Assembly: GCA_963739795.1 (NCBI GenBank)
Contig: CAVUBL010000004.1
Location: forward strand, 79,328 to 143,327
Reading direction: 5' to 3'
Length of the DNA stretch: 64,000 bases
DNA from: an uncultured Acidobacteriota bacterium
GTDB taxonomy: Bacteria > Acidobacteriota > Thermoanaerobaculia > Multivoradales > DATKCC01
Numbering within the stretch: position 1 is the stretch's first letter; each line of letters begins with the position of its first letter. A program made the translations under genes and the position numbers. Shown piece after piece: positions 17,674 to 27,068 of this stretch. The notes below the pieces were generated by a model. The model was not told the DNA's origin. It saw nothing but the letters and a program-made list of their open reading frames with translations, and made no database searches.

Positions 17674-19051
17674 CCCCGCCCATCGCTACCTCTCCACTGG
17701 CGAGCTCGACCGCCGGGAGATGCTCGAGGCGATCGGCGTGTCCTCGGTCGACGAGCTCTTCGCGAGCCTCGGCGACCTGCTCCTCGAGGCGCCGATCGAG
17801 GTTCCCGGCCCCCTCTCCGACGGCGAGCTCCGGGAGTACTTCCACCGCCTGGAGGGCATGAACCGGGTCCCGGGCCGGGACCTGGTGAGCTTCCTGGGCG
17901 CCGGCGCCTACCGTCACCAGACGCCGGCCATCGTCGACCAGCTCCTGCTGCGCGGCGAGTTTCTGACCGTCTACACCCCGTACCAGCCCGAGATCAGCCA
18001 GGGCACCCTCCAGGCGATCTTCGAGTTCCAGACGTTCATCGCCATGCTGACCGGCCTCGACGTGTCCAACGCCTCGCTCTACGAGGGGGCGAGCGGCTTC
18101 GCCGAGGCCGTGCTCATGGCCGACCGGATCCAGCGCAAGCGGCGCAAGGTGGTGATCTCCCGGGGCGTCCACCCCCAGTATCGCCAGGTCTTCGCCTCCT
18201 ACGCCCGCAACCTCGACTTCGAGGTCGTGGAGGTGGGCTGGGACGCCACCGGGGCGACCGACCCCGCGGCCCTCGAGGCGGCGGTGGACGAGACCACGAT
18301 CTGCGTCGCCGTCCAGAGCCCGAACTACTTCGGCGTCGTCGAGCCCTGGGACCGGGCGAGCGGAATCGCCCACGGCGTGGGTGCCCTGTCGGTGGCGGTG
18401 GTCGCCGAGGCCCTGTCGCTGGCCCTGCTCCGGAGCCCCGGGGAGGGCGGCTGCGACATCGCGGTAGGGGAGGGGCAGTCCTTCGGCCTGCCGCTCTCGT
18501 TCGGCGGCCCGTACCTGGGGTTCCTGGCGACGCGAGACCAGCACAAACGCGCCATGCCCGGCCGGCTGGCCGGCGAGACCGTGGACTCCGCGGGCGAGCG
18601 CGCCTGGGTCCTGACCCTCTCGACCCGCGAGCAGCACATCCGGCGCGAGAAGGCGACCTCGAACATCTGCACGAACCAGGCGCTGTGCGCCCTGGGCGCC
18701 ACTCTCTACCTCTCGCTCCACGGCAAGACCGGGCTGCGACGCCTGGCCGAGCTCAACCTCCAGCGCGCGGCCTCGCTGAGGCGCCGGATCGAGGGGCTCG
18801 GAGAGGGCTTTGCCGTGCCCTTTGCCGGGCCCACCTTCAACGAGCTCACCGTCCGTTCGTCGCGGGCGGTGGCGCCGCTGCTCGCCGAGCTCGAGGCCGA
18901 AGGGCTCCTTGCCGGCGTGCCCCTGGCGCCGGACTATCCGGAGCTCGAGGACTGCTTCCTGGTGGCGGTGACCGAGGACAACCCGCCGGAAGATCTCGAC
19001 CGGCTGATGACGGCGCTGGGCTCCCGGGTCGGCGAGCCGGCCGGAGTGTGA
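17660..19051 (+). CDS. gcvPA: Glycine dehydrogenase subunit 1
   Basis: YTPYQPEISQG, REQHIRREKATSNICTN. Confidence 0.96.
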   Translation: MAKSDPAHRYLSTGELDRREMLEAIGVSSVDELFASLGDLLLEAPIEVPGPLSDGELREYFHRLEGMNRVPGRDLVSFLGAGAYRHQTPAIVDQLLLRGEFLTVYTPYQPEISQGTLQAIFEFQTFIAMLTGLDVSNASLYEGASGFAEAVLMADRIQRKRRKVVISRGVHPQYRQVFASYARNLDFEVVEVGWDATGATDPAALEAAVDETTICVAVQSPNYFGVVEPWDRASGIAHGVGALSVAVVAEALSLALLRSPGEGGCDIAVGEGQSFGLPLSFGGPYLGFLATRDQHKRAMPGRLAGETVDSAGERAWVLTLSTREQHIRREKATSNICTNQALCALGATLYLSLHGKTGLRRLAELNLQRAASLRRRIEGLGEGFAVPFAGPTFNELTVRSSRAVAPLLAELEAEGLLAGVPLAPDYPELEDCFLVAVTEDNPPEDLDRLMTALGSRVGEPAGV

Positions 19052-19080
19052 CAGAGGGAAGTGGACCGAGGAGGACCGCG

Positions 19081-20616
19081 ATGAGCGACGAGACCACGAG
19101 CCGGACCGACGCTGCCGGGCCGGACCGCCGCGTTCCCCAGGTGGCCTGGCGCAACGAGGGCCTGCTCTTCGAGCGCAGCCGCCCGGGCCGGGTCGGAGTG
19201 ACCCTGCCGGCGGCCGGCGTCGAGGAGACCCCCGCCGAGGAGCTTCTGCCGCCGGAGCTGGTGCGGGGCGAGATCGAGGGGATGCCGGAGCTTTCCGAGG
19301 TGGACGTGATGCGCCACTTCGCCCGCATCTCCCGGAAGAACTACTCCCTGGACCTGGGGCTTTACCCGCTGGGGAGCTGCACCATGAAGTACAACCCCCG
19401 GATCAACGAGGAGGTGGCCCGCCTGCCCGGCTTCGCCGGCAGTCACCCGCGTCAGCCCGCCTCGACGGTCCAGGGCAACCTGGCCGTCTTCTGGGCCCTC
19501 GAGCGGGCCCTCATCGCCCTGACCGGGCTCTCCCGCGTCTCGCTCCATCCGGCCGCCGGGGCCCACGGCGAGTTCTCTGGGATCCTGATGGTCCGGGCGG
19601 CCCTCGACCGCCGGGGGGAGCGGCGCAAGTACGTGCTCATCCCCGACTCGGCCCACGGCACCAACCCGGCCTCGGCCCACTTCGCGGGCTTCGAGGTCAA
19701 GGAGCTCCTCTCGAACCCCCAGGGCACCCTCGACCTGGGCGACCTCGAGCGGGCCATGACCGACGAGGTCGCGGCCCTGATGCTCACCGTGCCCAACACC
19801 CTGGGCGTGTTCGAGAACCACATCCGGGAGATCGCCGAGATCGTCCATGGCAAGGGCGGCTACCTGTACTGCGACGGCGCCAACTTCAACGCCTTCGTCG
19901 GCAAGGCCCGTCCCGGCGACATGGGGATCGACGTCCTTCACCTGAACCTCCACAAGACCTTCACCACGCCCCACGGCGGCGGGGGACCGGGCGCGGGGCC
20001 GGTGGGGGTCGCCGAAGAGCTGGTGCCGTTCCTCCCCATGCCCACCGTAGAGCGCGGGGAGGAGGGCTTCTACCTGGACCACGACCGCCCGCTCTCGATC
20101 GGCCGCATCCGCTCCTTCCACGGGCAGTTCGGCATGCTGGTCCGGGCGCTCTGCTACGTCATGGCCATGGGGGGCGAGGGGCTCGCCCGAGTGGCCGAGA
20201 ACGCGGTGCTCAACGCCAACTACCTGAGGAAGCGCCTCGAGGGCTCCTACCACCTGCCCTACTCTTCGCCCTCGATGCACGAGGTCGTCTTCTCCGACAA
20301 GCACCAGCACGAGCTCGGGGTCTCGACCCTCGACATCGCCAAGCGGCTGATGGACTACGGGTTCCACCCGCCGACCATCTACTTCCCGCTGATCGTTTCG
20401 GGCGCCCTGATGATCGAGCCCACGGAGACGGCGGGCAAGGAGGAGCTCGACGCCTTCGCCGAGGCGATGCTCGCCATCGCTCGGGAGGCGGAGGAGGACC
20501 CGGACCTGGTGCACGGCGCACCGTACACGACGCCGGTGGGCCGCTGCGACGAGGCCCGGGCCGCCCGCCACCCGATCCTGCGCTGGCGCCCCGGCTCCGA
20601 GGCCGAGACCGAGTAG
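19081..20616 (+). CDS. gcvPB: Glycine dehydrogenase subunit 2
   Basis: YPLGSCTMKYNP, PLP motif HLNLHKTF, PHGGGGPG. Confidence 0.96.
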   Translation: MSDETTSRTDAAGPDRRVPQVAWRNEGLLFERSRPGRVGVTLPAAGVEETPAEELLPPELVRGEIEGMPELSEVDVMRHFARISRKNYSLDLGLYPLGSCTMKYNPRINEEVARLPGFAGSHPRQPASTVQGNLAVFWALERALIALTGLSRVSLHPAAGAHGEFSGILMVRAALDRRGERRKYVLIPDSAHGTNPASAHFAGFEVKELLSNPQGTLDLGDLERAMTDEVAALMLTVPNTLGVFENHIREIAEIVHGKGGYLYCDGANFNAFVGKARPGDMGIDVLHLNLHKTFTTPHGGGGPGAGPVGVAEELVPFLPMPTVERGEEGFYLDHDRPLSIGRIRSFHGQFGMLVRALCYVMAMGGEGLARVAENAVLNANYLRKRLEGSYHLPYSSPSMHEVVFSDKHQHELGVSTLDIAKRLMDYGFHPPTIYFPLIVSGALMIEPTETAGKEELDAFAEAMLAIAREAEEDPDLVHGAPYTTPVGRCDEARAARHPILRWRPGSEAETE

Positions 20617-20659
20617 GACGAGGATCGACGGTGAGAACGGGCAGGCGTGAGGCCGAGGG

Positions 20660-20719
20660 GGGTGGGGGCGTCCCTCTCCCCCTTTGGGGGTGGGAGAGGG
20701 ACCGAGGGTGAGGAGGGGG
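20660..20719 (-). repeat. REP-like palindromic element, family P (~60 bp)
   Basis: Reverse copy of CCCTCACCCTCGGTCCCTCTCCC...GGGGAGAGGGACGCCCCCACCC; 8 copies in the window. Confidence 0.8.
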
Positions 20720-20852
20720 ATCCACCGGGTCTCTGCGACCTGGCAGGCTCGTGCCGGTGGGGTCTCGTCGGGTCGTTCGCCGCGGGCGGGGGCCGGCACG
20801 ACTGAGAGCGCCACCTCTCGTCGAATCGGAGGCTCGCTGCCGAGGGTTCCAC

Positions 20853-21230
20853 TTGAGCCATCTTGAAGTCCCTTTCTTCGGCCTCTTCTTCGCCTGCTGG
20901 ATCGCCGTCGTGGCCCACGGGCTGGGCCTCATCTCCCTCGCCGCCGGGGCCGACCTCTCCCTCTACCAGCTCTACTCGGTGGCGGCGGTGGTGGGCTGGA
21001 TCTCGGGCAACGTCTACGTGCACCGCCGGAGGCACCTGCCGCCGACCCTCGGCCGCCGCGTCGCCGCCCTCTGGCTGATCGGGCCTCAGGGCATTCCCGC
21101 CCTGATCCGGGCCATGGCGCCCATCGAGGCCCAGGCCGCGGCCCCCGCCGTCCCCCTCTACTCCTTGGCGGTGGGGGCGATCTTCTTCTGCGTTCCGCTG
21201 GTCTTCGGCAAGCGCCCGGGCCCGGGCTGA
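20853..21230 (+). CDS. Small hypothetical membrane protein (about 4 TM)
   Basis: Hydrophobic segments with coding-like GC3; the TTG start is uncertain. Confidence 0.6.
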   Translation: MSHLEVPFFGLFFACWIAVVAHGLGLISLAAGADLSLYQLYSVAAVVGWISGNVYVHRRRHLPPTLGRRVAALWLIGPQGIPALIRAMAPIEAQAAAPAVPLYSLAVGAIFFCVPLVFGKRPGPG

Positions 21231-21272
21231 AGTTCGCTGAGGTCTGTCGAAGGGGCGAGGGCCTGCCCCGGT

Positions 21273-23651
21273 CTACCCTCCGACCACAGCCTTCAGGATC
21301 CTCTGCACTTCGGCGGGGTTGGCCTTCCCCCGGCTCTCCCGCATCACCTGCCCCACGAAGTAGCCCAGGAGCTTCGCCTCTCCGGCGCGGAGGCGCTCGG
21401 CTTCCTCCGGGTGCTCGGCGAGGACTCGGGCGACCAGGGGATCCAGGGCCGAAGCGTCGCTCACCTGCTCGAGGCCCCGCTCGCGGGCGATCGCCCGCGG
21501 GCTGCCGCCCGCCTCGACGAGACGTGCGAAGACCTCCCGGGCCAGCGGCGTCGAAAGGGTGCCGTCGTCGACCAGCGCCACCAGCTCGGCCAGCTCGGCG
21601 CCGCCGAAGGGGAGCTCGGCGAGGGGGCGCTCCTTGGCCTCGCGGAGGAGGTCGTTGACGATCCAGTTGGCGATGGCGCGGGCGTTGTCGTGGCGCGCGA
21701 GCGCCTCCTCGAAGAGCTCCGCACGGGCCGGATCTTCAGCCAGGAGGCGGGCGTCCTGGGCGTCGAGGCCGCGCTCGCCGCGGAAGCGCTCGAAGCGCTC
21801 CAGAGCCTGGGGATCGAGGCCCTGCCGCGGGTCGGGAGGTGGAGAGGGGCGGCCGGATTTCCCTGCGTCGGGCTCGGCGACCCCGGTGGGCTCGGGCCCC
21901 GTGGCGGCGGCCGGTGCGGGCTCGCGGCTCTCCTGCCGGACCCAGCCGTCGCGCAGGGTCACGATCCGGTTGAACACCGGCGCGCCCTCGGCCGACGCCT
22001 TGGGATCGAGAAAGAAGAAGCCCTGGCGCTCGAACTGGAAGCGGCTCCCCGGCGCGGCGGAGGCGACGCTCGGCTCGATCCGGGCGCCGCGGGCCACCAC
22101 CAGGGACTCGGGGTTCAGGTAGGTCCGGTAGTCTTCGGCTCCGGCCGCCGGCCGGGAGACCGTGAACAGACGGTCGTAGAGCCGGACCTCGGCCTCGAGG
22201 GCGCTGCCGGCCGACACCCAGTGGATCGTCCCCCGGACCTTCCGGCCGTCGGGGGCCGAGCCGCCGCGGGTCGCCGGGTCGTAGGTGCAGCGGACCTCGG
22301 TCACCCGGCCCGTGGCCTCGTCCTTGACCACTCCGGTACAGCGGATGAAATAGCCGTAGCGCAGGCGCACCTCGCGGCCCGGCGCCAAGCGGTGGTAGCC
22401 CTTGGGCGGGTCCTCGGAGAAGTCGTCGCGCTCGATCCAGAGCTCGCGGGAGAAAGGGAGCGCCCGCGAGCCCGGCTTGCCCACGTCCCGGGGGAAGTAG
22501 GGCGCCTCGAGCTCCTCGGCTTGCCCCGCAGGGCTCTCCGGGTAGTTCTCGATCACCACCTTGAGCGGGTCGAGAACCGCCAGCACCCGTGGCGCCTCGG
22601 TGTTGAGGGCGTCGCGGATCGAGTGCTCGAGCAGGGCGTAGTCCACCACGTTGTCGGCCCGGGCGACGCCCACCCGCTCGCTGAAGTCACGGATCGCCGC
22701 CGACGGCACCCCGCGCCGGCGCAGGCCCGAGAGGGTCGGCATCCGGGGGTCGTCCCAGCCCTCGACGTGTCCCTCCCGGACCAGCTCCAGGAGCCGCCGC
22801 TTCGAGAGCACCGTGTAGGAGAGGTTGAGGCGGGCGAACTCGATCTGGCGCGGGTGGGGCTCCGGCTCGCCCACGGCGTCGAGGATCCAGTCGTAGATCT
22901 CCCGGTTGTTCTCGAACTCCAGGGTGCAGAACGAATGGGTGATGCGCTCCAGGGAGTCAGAGAGGCAGTGGGTGAAGTCGTAGAGCGGGTAGACCGACCA
23001 CGCTGAGCCCCGCCGGTAGTGCTCCGCGTGGCGGATCCGGTAGAGGAGCGGGTCGCGCATCTTCATGTTGGGCGCAGCCATGTCGATCTTGGCCCGCAGC
23101 ACGGCGGCGCCGTCCGGAAGCTCGCCGGCGCGCATGCGGCGGAACAGCTCCAGGTTCTCCTCGACCGAGCGGCTGCGGTACGGGCTCTCGCGGCCCGGCT
23201 CGGTCACCGTGCCACGGTAGGCGCGGATCTCGTCCTCCGAGAGGCTGTCGACGTAGGCCAGGCCCTTCTCGATCAGGGTCTCGGCCCGGTCGTAGAGGGC
23301 CTCGAAGTAGTCCGACGCGAAGTGCAGACCGTCCCACTCGAAGCCGAGCCAGCGGATGTCTTTCTGGATCGACTCGACGTACTCCATCTCCTCGGTCTCG
23401 GGGTTGGAGTCGTCGAAGCGCAGGTTGCAGGTGCCGCCATTCTCCCCGGCGACACCGAAGTTGAGGCAGATCGACTTGGCGTGGCCGATGTGGAGGTAGC
23501 CGTTGGGCTCGGGGGGGAATCGGGTCGCGATCCGGCTGTGCTTGCCGGAGGCGAGGTCCGCGGCGACGATCGCCCGGATGAAGTCCCGGGGCTCGGCTTC
23601 CGAAGGGGCCTCGGTGGCGGCGGTCAGGGTGTCTGTGCTCGAGTCGGTCAT
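21273..23651 (-). CDS. glnS: Glutamine--tRNA ligase with C-terminal GatB/YqeY domain
   Basis: RFPPEPNGYLHIGH, LSKR, WDDPRMPT, FQFERQG; C-terminal GYFVGQVMRESRGKANP. Confidence 0.95.
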   Translation of the reverse strand: MTDSSTDTLTAATEAPSEAEPRDFIRAIVAADLASGKHSRIATRFPPEPNGYLHIGHAKSICLNFGVAGENGGTCNLRFDDSNPETEEMEYVESIQKDIRWLGFEWDGLHFASDYFEALYDRAETLIEKGLAYVDSLSEDEIRAYRGTVTEPGRESPYRSRSVEENLELFRRMRAGELPDGAAVLRAKIDMAAPNMKMRDPLLYRIRHAEHYRRGSAWSVYPLYDFTHCLSDSLERITHSFCTLEFENNREIYDWILDAVGEPEPHPRQIEFARLNLSYTVLSKRRLLELVREGHVEGWDDPRMPTLSGLRRRGVPSAAIRDFSERVGVARADNVVDYALLEHSIRDALNTEAPRVLAVLDPLKVVIENYPESPAGQAEELEAPYFPRDVGKPGSRALPFSRELWIERDDFSEDPPKGYHRLAPGREVRLRYGYFIRCTGVVKDEATGRVTEVRCTYDPATRGGSAPDGRKVRGTIHWVSAGSALEAEVRLYDRLFTVSRPAAGAEDYRTYLNPESLVVARGARIEPSVASAAPGSRFQFERQGFFFLDPKASAEGAPVFNRIVTLRDGWVRQESREPAPAAATGPEPTGVAEPDAGKSGRPSPPPDPRQGLDPQALERFERFRGERGLDAQDARLLAEDPARAELFEEALARHDNARAIANWIVNDLLREAKERPLAELPFGGAELAELVALVDDGTLSTPLAREVFARLVEAGGSPRAIARERGLEQVSDASALDPLVARVLAEHPEEAERLRAGEAKLLGYFVGQVMRESRGKANPAEVQRILKAVVGG

Positions 23652-23717
23652 GGCGCGCTCCCGTGGAGCCCTGAAGCGTACTGGAAGGCGGCGGGCAAAT
23701 GAAGGGGAGAAACCCCG

Positions 23718-23781
23718 GATCCCCCGCCACCCCCCGATCCCCTTCCCGCTCCCGAGGGGCAAGGGGGGGACGCCCCCACCC
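23718..23781 (+). repeat. REP-like palindromic element, family P
   Basis: CCCCGATCCCCTTCCC...GGGGGGACGCCCCCACCC. Confidence 0.7.
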
Positions 23782-23790
23782 GATCTACCG

Positions 23791-24873
23791 TCAGGAGCCT
23801 TCGTGGCGCTCGGCGAGCATGGCGTCGCCGTAGGAGTAGAAGCGGTAGCCGCGCTCGACCGCCTCACGGTAGGCGGCGAGCACCCGCTCGCGGCCCGCGA
23901 AGGCCGAGACCAGCATGAGGAGGGTCGAGCGGGGGAGGTGGAAATTGGTGAGGAGCACGTCCACCGCTCGAAAGCGGTAGCCGGGGTAGATGAAGAGCTC
24001 CGTGCGTCCGGAGCCCGAGGGCACCGAGCCGTCCGGACGGGCGGCGCTCTCCAGGGTGCGCACCACGGTGGTGCCGACCGCCACGACCCGGCCCCCACGG
24101 GCCCGGGCGGCGGCCAGGGCCTCCTCCGCCGCCTCGGGCACCTCCCAGCGCTCGGCGTCCATGGCGTGCTCGTGGACCAGGTCTGCGGTCACCGGCTTGA
24201 AGGTGCCGATGCCCACGTGCAGGGTCACCTCGGTCCGCTCGACGCCGCGCTTGGAGAGGCGCTCGAGGAGCTCGGAGGAGAAGTGCAGGCCGGCGGTCGG
24301 CGCGGCGATGGCGCCGGCCCGCCGGGCGAAGACCGTCTGATATCGCTCCCGGTCCTCGGGCCGATCGGGCCGCTTGATATAGGGCGGCAACGGCACGTGG
24401 CCGAGGCTCTCGAGGTGGGGCTCCACGGGCTCGGAGAACCGGACGAGGTGGCGGCCGTCGCCGCGCGCCCCCAGCGCCTCGACCTCGAGGCCGTCTTGGA
24501 AGCGGATCCGGGCTCCCGACCGGAGCTTGCGCCCGGGCCGGGCGAGGACCTCCCACTCGAGGGACTCGCCACCCGGCGCCTCGTCGCCTTCAGCCGGAGC
24601 GCCTCCCCGGGGCTCGACGAGCAGGAGCTCGACCCGGCCTCCGAGCTCGCCCCCCTCGAGGACCCGACGGCCATAGAGGCGGGCGGGGATCACCCGGGTG
24701 TCGTTGACCACCAGGAGGTCACCGGGCCGGAGGAGCTCGGAAAGGTCGGCCACCCGGCGGTGACGAGCCTCGCCCCGGGCGTCGAGCACCAGGAGGCGGC
24801 TCGCGCCGCGGGGAGCGGGCTCCTGGGCGATCCGGTCGTGGGGGAGGTTGAAGTCGAAGTCTCGGACGAGCAT
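23791..24873 (-). CDS. queA: S-adenosylmethionine:tRNA ribosyltransferase-isomerase
   Basis: NDTRVIPARL, PLPPYI, AAPTAGLHF, TNFHLP, YSYGDAM. Confidence 0.97.
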   Translation of the reverse strand: MLVRDFDFNLPHDRIAQEPAPRGASRLLVLDARGEARHRRVADLSELLRPGDLLVVNDTRVIPARLYGRRVLEGGELGGRVELLLVEPRGGAPAEGDEAPGGESLEWEVLARPGRKLRSGARIRFQDGLEVEALGARGDGRHLVRFSEPVEPHLESLGHVPLPPYIKRPDRPEDRERYQTVFARRAGAIAAPTAGLHFSSELLERLSKRGVERTEVTLHVGIGTFKPVTADLVHEHAMDAERWEVPEAAEEALAAARARGGRVVAVGTTVVRTLESAARPDGSVPSGSGRTELFIYPGYRFRAVDVLLTNFHLPRSTLLMLVSAFAGRERVLAAYREAVERGYRFYSYGDAMLAERHEGS

Positions 24874-24915
24874 TCCGCTAGGCCCGCCCGCAGTCCAGGA
24901 CCCGAGCCGGCAAGG

Positions 24916-25070
24916 TCTCGCGCAGAGGCGCAGAGTCGCAGACGCGCGGTTCAGTAGAAAGGCTCATCGACGAGACGGGTGACGCCATCTTCGAGCCGAT
25001 GGGCGCCGAGACTCTCCTCGATTCCAGCCATCGATCGCCCTCCTCTGCGTCTCTGCGCCTCTGCGCGAGA
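24916..25070. repeat. 155-bp element bounded by 27-bp inverted repeats (CGCAGAG-type)
   Basis: TCTCGCGCAGAGGCGCAGAGTCGCAGA (24916-24942) and TCTGCGTCTCTGCGCCTCTGCGCGAGA (25044-25070) are complementary at 26 of 27 positions. Confidence 0.75.
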
Positions 25071-25110
25071 ACATGACCTGCATGGCTCGAGATGTGGGAC
25101 ACGGGAAGCG

Positions 25111-26319
25111 TTAGCCGGTGCGGACCTGGCGGAGGACTGGGACCGCCACCGCCAGGGCGATGGCCATCAATCCGGCGGCCGACCAGAAGGGCCAGGCCGG
25201 TCCGATGCGGGCGAAGACCCAGCCGCCCCAGATGGGACCGACTCCGCGGGCGAGGGCGCCGAGGGAGCGGGTCACGCCGAGGGTGCCGCCCTGGCGGTGC
25301 TCCTCGGTCATGCGGCTGATCAGCCCGAGGGTGGAGGGGTTGTGGAGACCCATCCCCACGGCGAGGAGGGCGGTGGTCCCGCCGAGCAGGACGAGCCGCG
25401 CCCCCACCGGCAAGAAGAACAGGCCCAGGGCCATGAGGGCTATGCCGGCGAGGACCAGGCGGGGCTCCCCGAAGCGTTTGACCAGCCGGCCCAGGAGCCC
25501 GCCCTGCACGACCACCATCACCACCCCGAGAAACGCGAAGAGCCAGGCGGTGGCGAAGAAGCCGAAGGAGTAGCGCTTCTCGACGAACAGGCCGAGGGTC
25601 GCCTCCATGTTGGAGAAGGCGAAGATGACCAGGAAGTAAAGGAGCATCAGGCCGGCGACCGGGCGGTTGGCGGTGGCGCCGCGCAGCGACTCACGGCTCA
25701 ACCAGCGCGCGTCGGGGCGGCGCCTCTTCTCGGGGGGCAGGGACTCGGGCAGGAGGAAGAACGCCAGCCCGAAGTTGACCACGGCCAGCGCGCCGGCCGC
25801 GGCGGGCACGGCGGCGTAGCCGAGCTGGCCCATGACGCCGCCGAGGACCGGGCCGAGGACGAAGCCCAGGCCAAAGGCGGCGCCCAGCAGGCCCATGCCC
25901 TTGGCCCGCTCTTCGGGGCGCGTGATGTCGGCGATATAGGCCTGGGCGATGGAGTAGTTGGCGGCGGCCACGCCGGAGGCGGTGCGGGCGATGAGCAGGA
26001 TGGTGAAGGAGTGGGCGAAGGCGAAGAGGGCGTAGGCGCCGACGGCGCCGACGATGGAGACGAGGAGAACGGGGCGCCGGCCGACGCGGTCGGAGAGGCG
26101 GCCCCACAAGGGGGCGAAGAGGAACTGGGCGAGGCTGAAGGAAGCGAACAGCATGGCGACGCCGAAGGGGTGGGCGCCGAACTCCTGGGCGTAGAAGGGT
26201 AAGAGGGGCAGGACCATGCCGAAGCCCAGGAGGTCCAGGAGGACGGTGAAGAAGACCACCAGCAAGGGGCCATGGCGGCGGGGAGAGCGCGGGGCGGAGG
26301 AGGGCTCGGAGTCGGGCAT
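25111..26319 (-). CDS. MFS transporter (TetA/DHA1-like)
   Basis: WGRLSDRVGRRPV motif A, AYIADIT, GLGFVLGPVLGG; about 12 TM. Confidence 0.93.
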   Translation of the reverse strand: MPDSEPSSAPRSPRRHGPLLVVFFTVLLDLLGFGMVLPLLPFYAQEFGAHPFGVAMLFASFSLAQFLFAPLWGRLSDRVGRRPVLLVSIVGAVGAYALFAFAHSFTILLIARTASGVAAANYSIAQAYIADITRPEERAKGMGLLGAAFGLGFVLGPVLGGVMGQLGYAAVPAAAGALAVVNFGLAFFLLPESLPPEKRRRPDARWLSRESLRGATANRPVAGLMLLYFLVIFAFSNMEATLGLFVEKRYSFGFFATAWLFAFLGVVMVVVQGGLLGRLVKRFGEPRLVLAGIALMALGLFFLPVGARLVLLGGTTALLAVGMGLHNPSTLGLISRMTEEHRQGGTLGVTRSLGALARGVGPIWGGWVFARIGPAWPFWSAAGLMAIALAVAVPVLRQVRTG

Positions 26320-26420
26320 CAGGAGACGGAGTGTAGCAAGGGGGGGAGGGTGCGTGGGCCGGGGCGGAGCGGGGCTCCCGCTCGGGGGAACGGCGCGCGC
26401 TGCTCGGACGGTGGGGCGTC

Positions 26421-27024
26421 GGCGCGCGCCTCGGCTTCACCCCGTGTCGGCGCGCTTGTGGACTCCAGCCGGGGTCGGGCTCACGGGGCTCAGACGCCCC
26501 CCGGGCGGGAGCCCCGCTCCGCCCCTGCGTCCGGTGGTTGTTGGGAGGCTCCCCCGCCCGCGCTTGGTGGGGAGAGTGGGGGATCTACGGGGTGGGCGGT
26601 TGTGGTGTGGTGGCGCGCGCCTCGGCTTCACCCCGTGTCGGCGCGCTTGTGGACTCCAGCCGGGGTCGGGCTCACGGGGCTCAGACGCCCCCCGGGCGGG
26701 AGCCCCGCTCCGCCCCTGCGTCCGGTGGTTGTTGGGAGGCTCCCCCGCCCGCGCTTGGTGGGGAGAGTGGGGGATCTACGGGGTGGGCGGTTGTGGTGTG
26801 GTGGCGCGCGCCTCGGCTTCACCCCGTGTCGGCGCGCTTGTGGACTCCAGTCGGGGTCGGGCTCACGGGGCTCAGACGCCCCCCGGGCGGGAGCCCCGCT
26901 CCGCCCCTGCGTCCGGTGGTTGTTGGGAGGCTCCCCCGCCCGCGCTTGGTGGGGAGAGTGGGGGATCTACGGGGTGGGCGGTTGTGGTGTGGTGGCGCGC
27001 GCGGCTGGGGTTCACCCGTGTCGG
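26421..27024. repeat. Tandem repeat: three 191-bp units plus a partial degenerate fourth
   Basis: Units start at 26421, 26612 and 26803 and appear identical except C>T at 26851. An inverted copy of an internal 28-mer lies at 26361-26388. Confidence 0.92.
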
Positions 27025-27068
27025 TCGGGTGGGCGCTTCGGCCTGCGCCTTGCGCCTCCCGGCCCCTC

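Noticed and set aside
26421-27024. Second CRISPR array or repeat-protein gene
   Set aside because: The units are identical with no variable spacers, and the 191-bp period breaks the reading frame.
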